64,000 bases of DNA. It comes from an uncultured Gammaproteobacteria bacterium. Its GTDB lineage: Bacteria; Pseudomonadota; Gammaproteobacteria; Poriferisulfidales; GCA-002705445. Location of the stretch: the NCBI GenBank assembly GCA_913031205.1, contig CAJWEM010000002.1:14107-78106 (forward strand), given 5' to 3'. The translations under genes and the position numbers were made by a program. Shown here one piece after another: positions 1 through 12,986 of this stretch (position 1 is its first letter; each line of letters begins with the position of its first letter). Below the pieces are notes generated by a model, which made no database searches, was not told the DNA's origin, and was given only the letters and a program-made list of their open reading frames with translations.

Positions 1-670
1 AAACTGGTCTTGGTTCGTCCCCAGGTTGCACAATCATATCGTCAAAGTTAATTGTCCTTCCATCAAGTCTTGGAGGCGTGCCAGTTTTCAATCGCCCCAT
101 CATTAGATCCAAGTCTCGCATTCTATCAGCCAACTTATTTGAGGCGTCTTCGCCAAGTCTGCCAGCTGAAAACGATTTATTTCCAACGTGAATTACGCCT
201 GACAAGAAGGTGCCTGCAGTCAATATAATATTTTTACATTTAATGATTTCGTTATTTTTTAACTGGACACCCTTAATGGCATCTTTTTCAATAATAAGGT
301 CTACAACTTCTCCATCAACATAGTCGAGGTTTGTTTGTTGTTTAATTTGCATTTGTATAAAAGATTTGTATAAGGCTCTGTCAGCTTGTGATCTTGTTGC
401 CCATACAGCGGGGCCTTTTTTTCTATTAAGAATTCTAAAATGAATCCCAGCAGCATCTGCCGCTCTTGCCATCACCCCTCCTAAGGCATCAACTTCTTTT
501 GCCAGATGACCCTTACCAATACCTCCAATAGATGGATTGCAGCTCATTTGGCCAACTGTTTCAAAATTTTGAGTAACCAGTAGTGTTTTGCTGCCACACC
601 TAGCACTTGCCAAGCATGCTTCGGTGCCAGCGTGTCCTCCTCCAATTACAATTACATCGTATTTATTCAT
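1..670 (-). CDS. mnmG: tRNA uridine 5-carboxymethylaminomethyl modification enzyme MnmG (GidA), N-terminal part; the 3' end lies beyond the window start
   Basis: Minus-strand translation from the ATG at 670-668 reads [65 protein letters not shown]..., the FAD-binding N-terminus typical of GidA/MnmG. It runs off the window edge, which is why it is missing from the ORF track. Confidence 0.9.
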   Translation of the reverse strand, partial: MNKYDVIVIGGGHAGTEACLASARCGSKTLLVTQNFETVGQMSCNPSIGGIGKGHLAKEVDALGGVMARAADAAGIHFRILNRKKGPAVWATRSQADRALYKSFIQMQIKQQTNLDYVDGEVVDLIIEKDAIKGVQLKNNEIIKCKNIILTAGTFLSGVIHVGNKSFSAGRLGEDASNKLADRMRDLDLMMGRLKTGTPPRLDGRTINFDDMIVQPGDEPRPV

Positions 671-682
671 AAAACTATTATA

Positions 683-2029
683 TTACTTTCCTATACAAAA
701 ATTCGAGAATATTCCTGTTAAAACTCTTTCCTCATCTTTGTTATCTAAAATCCATGAAATTTCTTCCTGAACTTTTTTTAAATTTTCAGCAAGCAATTCT
801 AGCTCATTTAAATTTAGGTCAATGTTGTCCATTTCCTGAAAGGCAGCTTTCAAATGTTTGAGGTGTTCCATGTGATAGAGGTTTGGTGTGCTCTCGCTAA
901 TAGCTATTTTAAGATAATCGATTATTTTAATTTTTAAATCATCCAAATTTTTCTTCTTTTTTATGGATATGAAAGCTTTTGTACCAAAAGATGCTGATTC
1001 GTGCTTGTAATCAATTTTCTCTAAAAGATCAGTTTTGTTAGCGACAACTAAAATATTCTTATTATTTTTCTCTAAGCTTTTTAATATTTCTAAGTCTTCT
1101 GTCTGCATACCTTTATTAAGGTCGTACATATATATTGTAAGATTGGCATTTTTTGCTTGTTCAATGGCTTTTTTCGAGCCTTCTTTTTCAATTAGGTCGC
1201 CGGTCTCTCTAATTCCCGCAGTATCAAAAACAGTTACTGGCATACCATCAAGATTAAAGATTTTTGAAACGACATCTCTAGTTGTTCCAGCTTGCTCATT
1301 AACTATAGAGACATTTTCGTCTGTTAAAAAATTTATCAACGAAGACTTTCCAGCATTCGGCATGCCTAAAACTGCAATTTTGCTTGTTTCAAAAAGAAGC
1401 CTATTGTTTTCGAGCTTTCTTATAAGCCTAATAATTTTGCCTTTTGATTCTTCAATATACTTTTCGATCTCTAAAAGACCATCGGTCTCAATATCTTCTT
1501 CAGAAAAATCAAGAAGAGCTTCAACCTGCACTCGGGTTTTAAGAATAACATTATCAACTTCGACAAGCTCTTTGCTAAATTTACCCGACAAAGCATCTCG
1601 AGCTGCAAAAGCTGCCGCCTCTGTCTTTGCGTTAATTAATGCGCAAATTGATTCTGCTTCCAGCAGGCTCATTTTATTATTTAAAAAAGCGCGCTCACTA
1701 AATTCCCCTGGGTTTGCTAAACGACATCCTTCAATGGTTAATATTTCTTTAATTATGATCTGGTATATTACAGAGCCGCCGTGACACATTATTTCAAGCA
1801 TATCCTCTCCAGTATATGATTTTGGTGATTGATAATTGATCACCATTACATCATCGATTACTTTTTCTTCTTTTTTAAAATTTAAATAATGTGCTCTATT
1901 AGGGCTAAGGCTTTTTTTAAAAAACGCACCGATGATTTTATCTATTTTGTTGCCCGAACATCTTATTATAGAAATTGCGCCTAGGCCCATAGGCGACGCG
2001 AGACTAATTATGGTGTCTTTGTTCTTCAC
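683..2029 (-). CDS. mnmE: tRNA modification GTPase MnmE (TrmE)
   Basis: 448 aa with a G-domain (GMPNAGKSSLIN, DTAGIRE) and the C-terminal CIGK motif. It is adjacent to mnmG and yidC, as in other gammaproteobacteria. Confidence 0.92.
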   Translation of the reverse strand: MKNKDTIISLASPMGLGAISIIRCSGNKIDKIIGAFFKKSLSPNRAHYLNFKKEEKVIDDVMVINYQSPKSYTGEDMLEIMCHGGSVIYQIIIKEILTIEGCRLANPGEFSERAFLNNKMSLLEAESICALINAKTEAAAFAARDALSGKFSKELVEVDNVILKTRVQVEALLDFSEEDIETDGLLEIEKYIEESKGKIIRLIRKLENNRLLFETSKIAVLGMPNAGKSSLINFLTDENVSIVNEQAGTTRDVVSKIFNLDGMPVTVFDTAGIRETGDLIEKEGSKKAIEQAKNANLTIYMYDLNKGMQTEDLEILKSLEKNNKNILVVANKTDLLEKIDYKHESASFGTKAFISIKKKKNLDDLKIKIIDYLKIAISESTPNLYHMEHLKHLKAAFQEMDNIDLNLNELELLAENLKKVQEEISWILDNKDEERVLTGIFSNFCIGK

Positions 2030-2035
2030 AACTAA

Positions 2036-3661
2036 TTACTGAGATTCAATTGATTTAGTTATTTTCCATTGTTGTGCAATTGATAGTAGGTTGTTCGCAA
2101 CCCAATAGAGAACTAATCCTGCTGGAAAGAAAGCGAAAAATACGGTAAAAATTATAGGCAACATCTGCATAATTTTTGCTTGCATTGGATCAGGTGGTGC
2201 GGGATTAAGTTTTTGCTGGAAATACATCGACGCGCCCATCAGCAATGGAAGAACGTAATAAGGGTCTCTTACTGAAAGATCGTTTATCCAAAAAATAAAA
2301 TCTGCTTGTCTTAATTCAACGCTTTCAAGTAACACCCAATACAAAGCGATAAAGACTGGAATTTGTATTAGTATAGGCCAACACCCGCCGAGTGGATTTA
2401 TTTTTTCTTGACGATACATATCCATCATTGCTTGATTCATTTTTTGTCTATCATTTCCATATCTATCTCTGATAGATTGAATCTTGGGGGAAAATTTTTT
2501 CATTTTTGCCATTGAGCGATAGCTTGTTTCCGACAATTTATAAAAAGCTAATTTTATAAAAAGTGTTAGTATTATTATTGCCCAACCCCAATTACCTACA
2601 TAACTGTGTATTTTATCCAAGAGCCAGAACAAAGGTTTTGATAAAAAAGTAAGGACCCCATAATCGATAGTTAAGTCTAATCCTGTGGAGATCTCTTCAA
2701 GCTCATTTTGAAGTTTTGGTCCAGCATAAAATTTTGAGATTAAGTTAGACGACTGATTAGGAAGAATGTTTATTGCTTCCGATCTTGCCCCAATAATATA
2801 GTCGTTTCTATTTTCATCTACTCGAATTTCTTTTGTGTAAAATAGATTCTTTTCTCCTTCTTCAAAAAACCATGAAGACACAAAGTAATGCTCCATCATA
2901 GCAATCCATCCGCCCAGAACATTAAACTTAGGTTTCTTCTCAGAAATTTCATCATAAGACATCTTGTTATAAGTGCCGTCATAGTATGCGCTTCCAGTAA
3001 ATGTTGGGGTTACCCAAGAACGGCCTTCGCCAAGACTCTTTCTTCTAATTTGTCTATATTGTCGCCCCGTCCAGATTTGATTAGAGTTATTTAGCACATT
3101 ATTTACTATAGTAATTTTATAGCCCTTTTCCTCGAGACTAATTTTTTTAGAAACTACAATGCCACTTTCTTTGTTCCTCCAGCGTAAATCCAAACTATTT
3201 TTTTGTTTCTTGTCTACGGAAAATAAATCGTGGTGATTAGGCGCAAGTTTTGAACTGTCAGCATTGTTCGACGAAATATCATGCAATAATCCGGATTGAG
3301 ATATGTAAAAATCATTTTCATGGTCTAACAAGCTAATATTTTCGCTGTTTTCTTGAGTTGTCTTAAAATAATTTAAAAGCTTAACTCTTTTTATTGTTCC
3401 CCCGATTGAATCTACTGTGACCTCGATATCATCATTTGAAATAATTAAGCTCTCGCCGTTTTTTATTACTTTGCTTTTGTTAATTTTATTCGGTTTTGTT
3501 GTAGACGATTTCTTATCTTGATCGCTGATTCCTTGTTCTGGAAAATCACTAGGCTTAGAAATATTTTCTTCGGCTTCTGAAGATTGTTTGCTCACCAAAC
3601 TAGGGTTTTGTTCAAATTGCCACTGTTGCCAGATCATAAATAGCACTAGGAAAAAAGCCAT
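2036..3661 (-). CDS. yidC: Membrane protein insertase YidC
   Basis: Large periplasmic domain followed by the conserved C-terminal TM core (..NPLGGCWPILIQIPVFIALYWVL..). The ORF track extends to 3733, but a Met at 3661 (MAFFLVLFMIW, TM1) avoids overlap with yidD and is the more likely start. Confidence 0.88.
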   Translation of the reverse strand: MAFFLVLFMIWQQWQFEQNPSLVSKQSSEAEENISKPSDFPEQGISDQDKKSSTTKPNKINKSKVIKNGESLIISNDDIEVTVDSIGGTIKRVKLLNYFKTTQENSENISLLDHENDFYISQSGLLHDISSNNADSSKLAPNHHDLFSVDKKQKNSLDLRWRNKESGIVVSKKISLEEKGYKITIVNNVLNNSNQIWTGRQYRQIRRKSLGEGRSWVTPTFTGSAYYDGTYNKMSYDEISEKKPKFNVLGGWIAMMEHYFVSSWFFEEGEKNLFYTKEIRVDENRNDYIIGARSEAINILPNQSSNLISKFYAGPKLQNELEEISTGLDLTIDYGVLTFLSKPLFWLLDKIHSYVGNWGWAIIILTLFIKLAFYKLSETSYRSMAKMKKFSPKIQSIRDRYGNDRQKMNQAMMDMYRQEKINPLGGCWPILIQIPVFIALYWVLLESVELRQADFIFWINDLSVRDPYYVLPLLMGASMYFQQKLNPAPPDPMQAKIMQMLPIIFTVFFAFFPAGLVLYWVANNLLSIAQQWKITKSIESQ

Positions 3662-3681
3662 GTATAACAAAAATCTGCTGT

Positions 3682-3894
3682 TCACTTTGGCACCTCGTCT
3701 ATGCCGCCATGAGCCCAAGGATGGCATCTGCAAATTCTTTTTATAGCAAGTCCGGTGCCTTTTATAGAGCCATGGTTTCTTAATGCCTCAATTGCATAGT
3801 TGGAACAAGTTGGTGTAAATCTGCAATGCTGGCCCAAAAAGGGACTAAGTGTCAGCTGGTAGGCTTTTACAAATTTTATCAATAGCGAATTCAT
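3682..3894 (-). CDS. yidD: Membrane protein insertion efficiency factor YidD
   Basis: 70 aa with the motifs CRFTPTCSNYAIEAL, HG..KG and RCHPW that are characteristic of YidD. Confidence 0.9.
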   Translation of the reverse strand: MNSLLIKFVKAYQLTLSPFLGQHCRFTPTCSNYAIEALRNHGSIKGTGLAIKRICRCHPWAHGGIDEVPK

Positions 3895-4202
3895 TTTGTC
3901 TTTAAGTTGCTGAATATCTCATTTATTTGTTCATAACATTTAGAGTGCTTATAATTTTTTTCGTTTCTTAGAACAAGAATTATATCAAGTCCATCAAACC
4001 CCTTTCTTCTAAAAACTTCACGAGCGACCCTTTTTATTTTATTTCTATCAACCGCTTTTTTTACTTTTTTCTTTGCAATCCTGATCCCTAATCGCCCATG
4101 GGTTAAATCATTTTCTAAATAATGAATTATAAACGCTGGCGATGAAAGCCTTTTTCCTCTTGAAAAACATTTTTTGAAATCAAATGGTTTATCTAATCTC
4201 AT
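3891..4202 (-). CDS. rnpA: RNase P protein component RnpA
   Basis: Basic ~100-120 aa protein (..RLGIRIAKKKVKKAVDRNKIKRVAREVFR..) between rpmH and yidD. The ORF extends to 4277 but would overlap rpmH; an ATG at 4202 (MRLDKPF) is the more likely start. Confidence 0.85.
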   Translation of the reverse strand: MRLDKPFDFKKCFSRGKRLSSPAFIIHYLENDLTHGRLGIRIAKKKVKKAVDRNKIKRVAREVFRRKGFDGLDIILVLRNEKNYKHSKCYEQINEIFSNLKTK

Positions 4203-4236
4203 CTTTTTGGCACTAAAGCTTGACGCTTTAGATGAG

Positions 4237-4371
4237 TTAAGCAGAAAGGCGTTTTCTTCCCTTTGATCTTCTAGCATTTATTACAGCTCTCCCGCCGCTG
4301 GTTTTCATTCGCGATCTGAAGCCGTGAGTTCTTTTTCTCTTTAATTTGCTGGGCTGAAATGTTCTTTTCAT
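4237..4371 (-). CDS. rpmH: 50S ribosomal protein L34
   Basis: Manual minus-strand translation gives [44 protein letters not shown] (44 aa), a canonical L34. It is not in the ORF track because it is shorter than the track cutoff. Confidence 0.93.
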   Translation of the reverse strand: MKRTFQPSKLKRKRTHGFRSRMKTSGGRAVINARRSKGRKRLSA

Positions 4372-4458
4372 ATCATAATCCTTTCATATTCTGCTCGCGA
4401 CATTACGTCTATAGGCTTGATTTGTCAATAGTTACTTTATCACAGTTTTTTACATAAC

Positions 4459-4508
4459 TTATCCACAAATTTTACACAGATTTGTTGATTTATTTCTTCT
4501 GTGGATAA
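4459..4508. promoter_or_regulatory. Two perfect DnaA boxes in inverted orientation (TTATCCACA at 4459-4467, TGTGGATAA at 4500-4508), with an R2-like near-box TTTTACACA between them, in the divergent rpmH-dnaA spacer. This is a dnaA autoregulatory region and candidate oriC element.
   Basis: Exact 9-mer matches to the E. coli DnaA-box consensus read directly from the sequence. They sit at the point where the coding strand switches from minus to plus. Confidence 0.7.
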
Positions 4509-4561
4509 GTATAATATACTTTTAGGTTTAAAAATAATAATAACATTAGGGGATCTTTCCT

Positions 4562-5878
4562 ATGCAACCAGGATTCTGGGAACAATGTCTTGTTGACTTT
4601 AGAAATAACTTTGATGAACAACAGTTTAATACTTGGGTTAGACCTCTTCAAGCTGTAACTAAAGATAAGGTTATCAGAATAAAAGCGCCTAATCAGTACG
4701 CCGTAGATTGGGCCAATGAACACCTTAGCGACTACCTTATAAAAAAGCTTCAAGACTCTGAATATAAGTTTAATATCGAAGTTGGAGGAATTTCACAGGA
4801 TTTAGCCGAAGATAGGGCTATTATTAAGGAAGATAGCCAAAGTTCTTTTAGTCAAGAAAACAAGTTTCTTTCCGATTTTACTTTTGACAATTTTGTAACT
4901 GGTAAGTCGAACGAGCTTGCTAGAGCCGCTGCGATACAAGTTTCAAGCAACCCCGGAACAACTCAATATAACCCTTTCTTTATTTATGGCGGGGTAGGGC
5001 TTGGGAAAACCCACCTGATGAATGCAATTGGTAATAATATTTTGAAACAGAATTCGAATGCCAAGATTTTATATCTTCATTCAGAGAAATTTGTTGCTGA
5101 CATGGTAAGAGCACTGCAACATAATAAAATCGACTCATTTAAAAAATATTACAGATCAGCTGACGCTTTGCTAATTGATGACATTCAGTTTTTTGCCGGC
5201 AAAGAGAGATCGCAAGAAGAGTTTTTTCATACCTTCAATGCTCTTTTGGAGGGAAGCTGTCAGATTGTCCTCACATGTGACAGGTATCCGAAAGCTGTCA
5301 ACGGCTTAGACGATCGATTAAAATCAAGATTTGGCTGGGGTTTAACGCAGTCAATCGAGCCCCCAGAGCTTGAAACTCGGGTTGCCATCTTACAAAAGAA
5401 AGCTGCCAGCATAGGGACAAATTTAGATACAGAAGTAGCTTTTTTTATTGCAAAATGTATCCAGTCCAATGTTCGTGAATTAGAAGGGGCTCTCCGCAGA
5501 GTCATTGCAAATGCTCAATTTACTGGCAAAGAAATAACTTTATCTTTCGCCAAAGAAGCTCTTCATGATCTAATTTCCCTTCAAAATAGCATGGTTTCAA
5601 TAGAGAATATTCAAAAAACCGTTGCTAATTATTACAAGATTAGGATGGCGGATCTTTTATCTGCGAAAAGAAATAGATCTTTGGCTCGCCCAAGGCAATT
5701 AGCTATGGCCTTAGCGAAAGAGCTCACAAACCATAGTTTGCCAGAAATTGGGGATGCATTTGGAGGTAGAGACCATACGACAGTTCTTCATGCATGTAAA
5801 AAAATTTCAGAGGTATGTTTAACAGACAACAAAATTAAGGAGGACTTGATAAACTTAAGGCGGGCGCTAAGCACTTAG
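4562..5878 (+). CDS. dnaA: Chromosomal replication initiator DnaA
   Basis: 438 aa with an AAA+ Walker A ([10 protein letters not shown]), a box VII-like region and a C-terminal DNA-binding domain (..[23 protein letters not shown]..). Confidence 0.95.
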   Translation: MQPGFWEQCLVDFRNNFDEQQFNTWVRPLQAVTKDKVIRIKAPNQYAVDWANEHLSDYLIKKLQDSEYKFNIEVGGISQDLAEDRAIIKEDSQSSFSQENKFLSDFTFDNFVTGKSNELARAAAIQVSSNPGTTQYNPFFIYGGVGLGKTHLMNAIGNNILKQNSNAKILYLHSEKFVADMVRALQHNKIDSFKKYYRSADALLIDDIQFFAGKERSQEEFFHTFNALLEGSCQIVLTCDRYPKAVNGLDDRLKSRFGWGLTQSIEPPELETRVAILQKKAASIGTNLDTEVAFFIAKCIQSNVRELEGALRRVIANAQFTGKEITLSFAKEALHDLISLQNSMVSIENIQKTVANYYKIRMADLLSAKRNRSLARPRQLAMALAKELTNHSLPEIGDAFGGRDHTTVLHACKKISEVCLTDNKIKEDLINLRRALST

Positions 5879-6062
5879 ACGCTTGTGGAGAAGCTGTAAA
5901 TATACTCGTGAATGATTTGTATAGAAACAGCTAAATGGTTTAGGCCACAGATTGAACAGAATTACTAACAGGTTAATATTCTTTTAAGATATTGTTTTTA
6001 TTCAGTTAAAATGACATACAAACAGAATTTATGCCTTATAATAATAAACTATATATATAAAT

Positions 6063-7172
6063 ATGAAATTAATTATAACAAAGGATAACTTATTAAAAGC
6101 CCTACAGAAAATTATCGGCGTTGTCGAAAAAAGACAATCGATGCCAATTCTTAGCCATGTGCTTGTCAGAAAGATCGATGGCCAATTTGAAGTAGTCGCT
6201 TCCGATTTAGAAGTTCAGCTTTCTTCTAAAATTAAATTTGATAGCGAAGAAAATTTTGCAGAGGACATAACTATTCCAGGAAGGAAACTTTTTGACATTG
6301 GCAAAGGTCTTCCCGACGATGCAGTTATTGAGATAGAGAAAAAGGATGAAGGAAAGCTTCAGATAGAATCAAAAAAAAGTAAATTTACCCTTTCCGTGCT
6401 TGACGCAAAAACATTTCCAATGATGGAAAATCTAGATGAGGCCAGCACAGAAATAACCTTGAATTCTTCAGATGTCAAAGATGTGATAAATAAGACGGCT
6501 TTTGCAATGGCTCAACAAGACGTCCGATATTATCTTAACGGGTTGTTCATCAAAATAGCAAACAATGACCTAATCGGCGTCGCAACGGACGGCCATAGGT
6601 TAGCTAAAGCCGGGACATCAATAGACACCCCAGCCGAAAACGAGTTGAGTGCGATTGTGCCAAGAAAAGGAGTTATCGAAATTGATAAGCAAATCGAGGA
6701 AGACAAAAAACTAAAAGTTGTAATATCGAAGAACCATATGCAAGTTGAAAGCGGAGAAGCTGCTGCTATTACAAAGCTCATAGATGGAAAATTTCCCGAC
6801 TATGAAAAAGTTATACCGAAAGACTCAGACAAAACAATCACGGTTGATTGCAAAACTTTTAAAGAGGCCCTGATTCGAGTCTCTATTCTTTCCAATGATC
6901 GATTTAGGGGGGTAAGACTAAACTTTGTTGAAAACGAAATTAAAGTGACCGCCAATAATCCTGAAAAAGAAGAAGCTTCTGACGATATTAAAGCAGAATA
7001 CTCCGGAGACAGCGTAGAAGTTGGGTTTAACGTCAACTATTTGCTTGATGTTATTGCTGCGATAAAGACAAAAAAATTACAAATCCAGCTCAAAGACGCA
7101 AACAGCAGCGCTCTATTGATGCCCGAAAACGACCCTGCTGCTAGCTATGTAGTCATGCCTTTGAGACTCTAA
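6063..7172 (+). CDS. dnaN: DNA polymerase III beta sliding clamp
   Basis: 369 aa, ends ...VVMPLRL, and sits immediately after dnaA as in the conserved dnaA-dnaN-recF-gyrB order. Confidence 0.93.
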   Translation: MKLIITKDNLLKALQKIIGVVEKRQSMPILSHVLVRKIDGQFEVVASDLEVQLSSKIKFDSEENFAEDITIPGRKLFDIGKGLPDDAVIEIEKKDEGKLQIESKKSKFTLSVLDAKTFPMMENLDEASTEITLNSSDVKDVINKTAFAMAQQDVRYYLNGLFIKIANNDLIGVATDGHRLAKAGTSIDTPAENELSAIVPRKGVIEIDKQIEEDKKLKVVISKNHMQVESGEAAAITKLIDGKFPDYEKVIPKDSDKTITVDCKTFKEALIRVSILSNDRFRGVRLNFVENEIKVTANNPEKEEASDDIKAEYSGDSVEVGFNVNYLLDVIAAIKTKKLQIQLKDANSSALLMPENDPAASYVVMPLRL

Positions 7173-7174
7173 GA

Positions 7175-10605
<3,431 letters not shown>

Positions 10606-10620
10606 TTGGAGGATTAAAAA

Positions 10621-10917
10621 ATGGAACTAAATAGAGACGGGGATGGTTTTTTATTAAGTATTGACGATTGGTCAGAAGAAGTAATGTATCAGATGGCCCA
10701 AGCCGACGGTTTTGAAATAACTGAAGAAATAAAAAATTATATTTTTAAAGCTAGAGAAATGTATAGTGAAAATGGCACGGTTCCAGCTGTAAGAGATTTT
10801 GCCAAGGAATTTGGAATGGATCGAAAAGCATCCAAGCTTTATGAAATTTTTCAATCTGGGCCTATGAAAAAGATTGCAAAGTATGGGGGCCTACCAAAAC
10901 CAACTGGCTGTGTGTAA
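10621..10917 (+). CDS. tusE: TusE/DsrC-family sulfurtransferase. It has a single conserved C-terminal Cys, so it is the TusE type rather than the two-Cys DsrC type.
   Basis: 98 aa ending GLPKPTGCV, the DsrC/TusE C-terminal arm. There is no second Cys ~10 residues upstream of the penultimate Cys. Confidence 0.7.
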   Translation: MELNRDGDGFLLSIDDWSEEVMYQMAQADGFEITEEIKNYIFKAREMYSENGTVPAVRDFAKEFGMDRKASKLYEIFQSGPMKKIAKYGGLPKPTGCV

Positions 10918-10937
10918 AAAGTGTGTAAAATCGTGTA

Positions 10938-12986
10938 ATGAGCAAAAATTTAATCAAAAACGCTCTTCTTGAGCAAAAATCACTCCCTAATTTTACTAAA
11001 ATTAAAGATGAGCATATGTACCAGGCAATAAAGCTTCTGGTGGATGAGAATAAAGCATTAATTAAATCTCTAGAAAAAAAAGAGAAATTATCATGGAGTA
11101 ACTTTGTACAAAAAATTGAAGAGTCAGACGATAAAATCTCCAAAGCATGGGCTCCAATCAGGCACTTAAACTCTGTTATGAATAATCCAAAAATTCGTAA
11201 ACAATACGAAAAATGCTTAAAACTATTGACCTCTCATTACGGCAAAATTGGACAAAATTATAAATTGTTCTCTCAATATCAAAAATTTCATGAAGAAAAC
11301 AGAAAAATGCTCAACTCTCATCAAAATAAGCTTCTATCAGACATTTTAAAAGGATTTCGTTTGTCTGGAGTTCATTTAGATTCAAAAAAAAGAAAGCTTT
11401 TCCGCGATTGCCAAAACAAACTAGCAGAACTTGAAGCGAAATTTGAACAAAATATTTTGGACTCAACAACCGCTTGGGAGCTGAAACTTGAAAAGAAGGA
11501 ACAGCTTAAAGGAATGCCGACAAATGCTATTGAGACAGCTGCGGAAGTAGCAAAATCAAGAAATCATAAAGGCTATATTCTTACTCTCGACCAGCCTTGC
11601 TACATGGCAGTAATGACATATGCCAACGATCGAGCACTTCGCAAAAAAGTTTACCTAGCATATGCCAGCAGAGCCTCGAACAAATTTCCAGTGAAAGGAC
11701 AATGGGACAATACGAAAGTAATAGAAGAAATCTTAAATCTCAGGCAAATAGTGTCAGAAATACTTGGGTTTGCTAATTTCGCAGAATATTCTTTGGCAAC
11801 TAAAATGGCGAAAAACCCGGGAGATGTAATTCGTTTTTTAAATGATTTAAAGAAAAAAGCAAAAAAGAAATCAAAAAATGAAATTTCAGAACTTAAAAAA
11901 TACGCAAAAAATAAGTTATCAATTAAAGAGCTTCTGCCATGGGACTTGGCATTTATAGCAGAAAAATATAAAGAAGAAAATTTTGGAGTATCTCAAGAGG
12001 AATTAAAAAAATATTTTCCAGTAGAAAATGTAATTATGGGGCTTTTTAAATTAGTTAAAGATCTTTATGGAATCGATGTAATACAAAAGAGGACTAAGGA
12101 TGTTTGGCATAAAGATGTGAGGCTTTACGAGATCTTAGATAAAAGCAAAAATCTAAGGGGTAAATTTTATTTTGATCTTTATGCAAGACAACACAAGCGT
12201 GGTGGGGCTTGGATGGACGAGTGTATTCAACGGCGCGTAAAGTCTAATGGGTCAATTCAACCACCTGTTGCATTTATAACTTGTAATTCCAGCCCGCCTA
12301 CAAAAAATAGCCCCGCTTTTTTTACACATTACGATGTTGAAACTTTATTTCATGAGTTTGGACATGGTCTTCAGCATATGTTGACTACAGTAAATTATGC
12401 AGGAATTTCGGGAATATCTGGTGTTGAGTGGGATGCTGTAGAGCTTCCTAGCCAATTTATGGAAAACTGGTGTTGGGAGAAAGAGGTTCTTGACACATTC
12501 GCTTTTCACTTCGAAACAAATTCAAAGCTTCCGAATAGTCTGTTCAAAAAGCTTTTGGCAACTAAAAATTATAATTCTGGCATGGCTTTAATTAGACAAG
12601 TAGAATTTTCTCTTTTTGATTTCCTTTTGCATATGGATGGCCAAAAAAATAAAGCAAAGTTAGCTGATAAAGTTCTTGCAAATGTTAGAAAAGAAACCTC
12701 TCTAATTCCTGTTCATCAAAACAATAAGTTTCAAAATAGCTTCGCGCATATCTTTGCCGGAGGATATGCTGCTGGTTATTATAGTTATAAATGGGCCGAA
12801 GTTCTCTCTGCCGATGCATTTATGGCATTTAAAGAACAAAAACTAGTCGACAGAAAAGTTGGAAATCGCTTCATGAAAAAAATTCTCGAAACCGGCGGAT
12901 CAAAGCCAGCGCTTGAGCTTTTTGTTGATTTCAGAGGAAGAGAGCCAAAAATAGAACCACTATTGCAAAGTTTGGGCTTAAAATGA
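10938..12986 (+). CDS. prlC: Oligopeptidase A (M3 family zinc metallopeptidase)
   Basis: 682 aa with the HEXXH motif HEFGHGLQHMLT. Length and overall architecture match PrlC/Dcp. Confidence 0.88.
   Translation: MSKNLIKNALLEQKSLPNFTKIKDEHMYQAIKLLVDENKALIKSLEKKEKLSWSNFVQKIEESDDKISKAWAPIRHLNSVMNNPKIRKQYEKCLKLLTSHYGKIGQNYKLFSQYQKFHEENRKMLNSHQNKLLSDILKGFRLSGVHLDSKKRKLFRDCQNKLAELEAKFEQNILDSTTAWELKLEKKEQLKGMPTNAIETAAEVAKSRNHKGYILTLDQPCYMAVMTYANDRALRKKVYLAYASRASNKFPVKGQWDNTKVIEEILNLRQIVSEILGFANFAEYSLATKMAKNPGDVIRFLNDLKKKAKKKSKNEISELKKYAKNKLSIKELLPWDLAFIAEKYKEENFGVSQEELKKYFPVENVIMGLFKLVKDLYGIDVIQKRTKDVWHKDVRLYEILDKSKNLRGKFYFDLYARQHKRGGAWMDECIQRRVKSNGSIQPPVAFITCNSSPPTKNSPAFFTHYDVETLFHEFGHGLQHMLTTVNYAGISGISGVEWDAVELPSQFMENWCWEKEVLDTFAFHFETNSKLPNSLFKKLLATKNYNSGMALIRQVEFSLFDFLLHMDGQKNKAKLADKVLANVRKETSLIPVHQNNKFQNSFAHIFAGGYAAGYYSYKWAEVLSADAFMAFKEQKLVDRKVGNRFMKKILETGGSKPALELFVDFRGREPKIEPLLQSLGLK

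Noticed and set aside
1035-1784. 249-aa ORF on the plus strand inside mnmE; similar antisense ORFs occur inside yidC, dnaA, dnaN, recF, gyrB, gpmI, hisF/A/H, trkA, topA, rpoD, dnaG and gltB.
   Set aside because: These are shadow ORFs antisense to strongly supported conserved genes. They have low-complexity Ser/Leu/Phe-rich translations typical of the opposite strand of AT-rich coding DNA, and no RBS.
3662-3733. N-terminal extension of the yidC ORF overlapping the yidD 3' end.
   Set aside because: The extension (MQMPSLGSWRHRRGAKVNSRFLLY) is basic and non-conserved. A Met at 3661 starts directly at TM1 and removes the 50-nt overlap.
4203-4277. Upstream extension of rnpA overlapping rpmH.
   Set aside because: It would overlap the rpmH coding sequence by 40 nt. 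The internal ATG at 4202 gives a typical ~104-aa RnpA.
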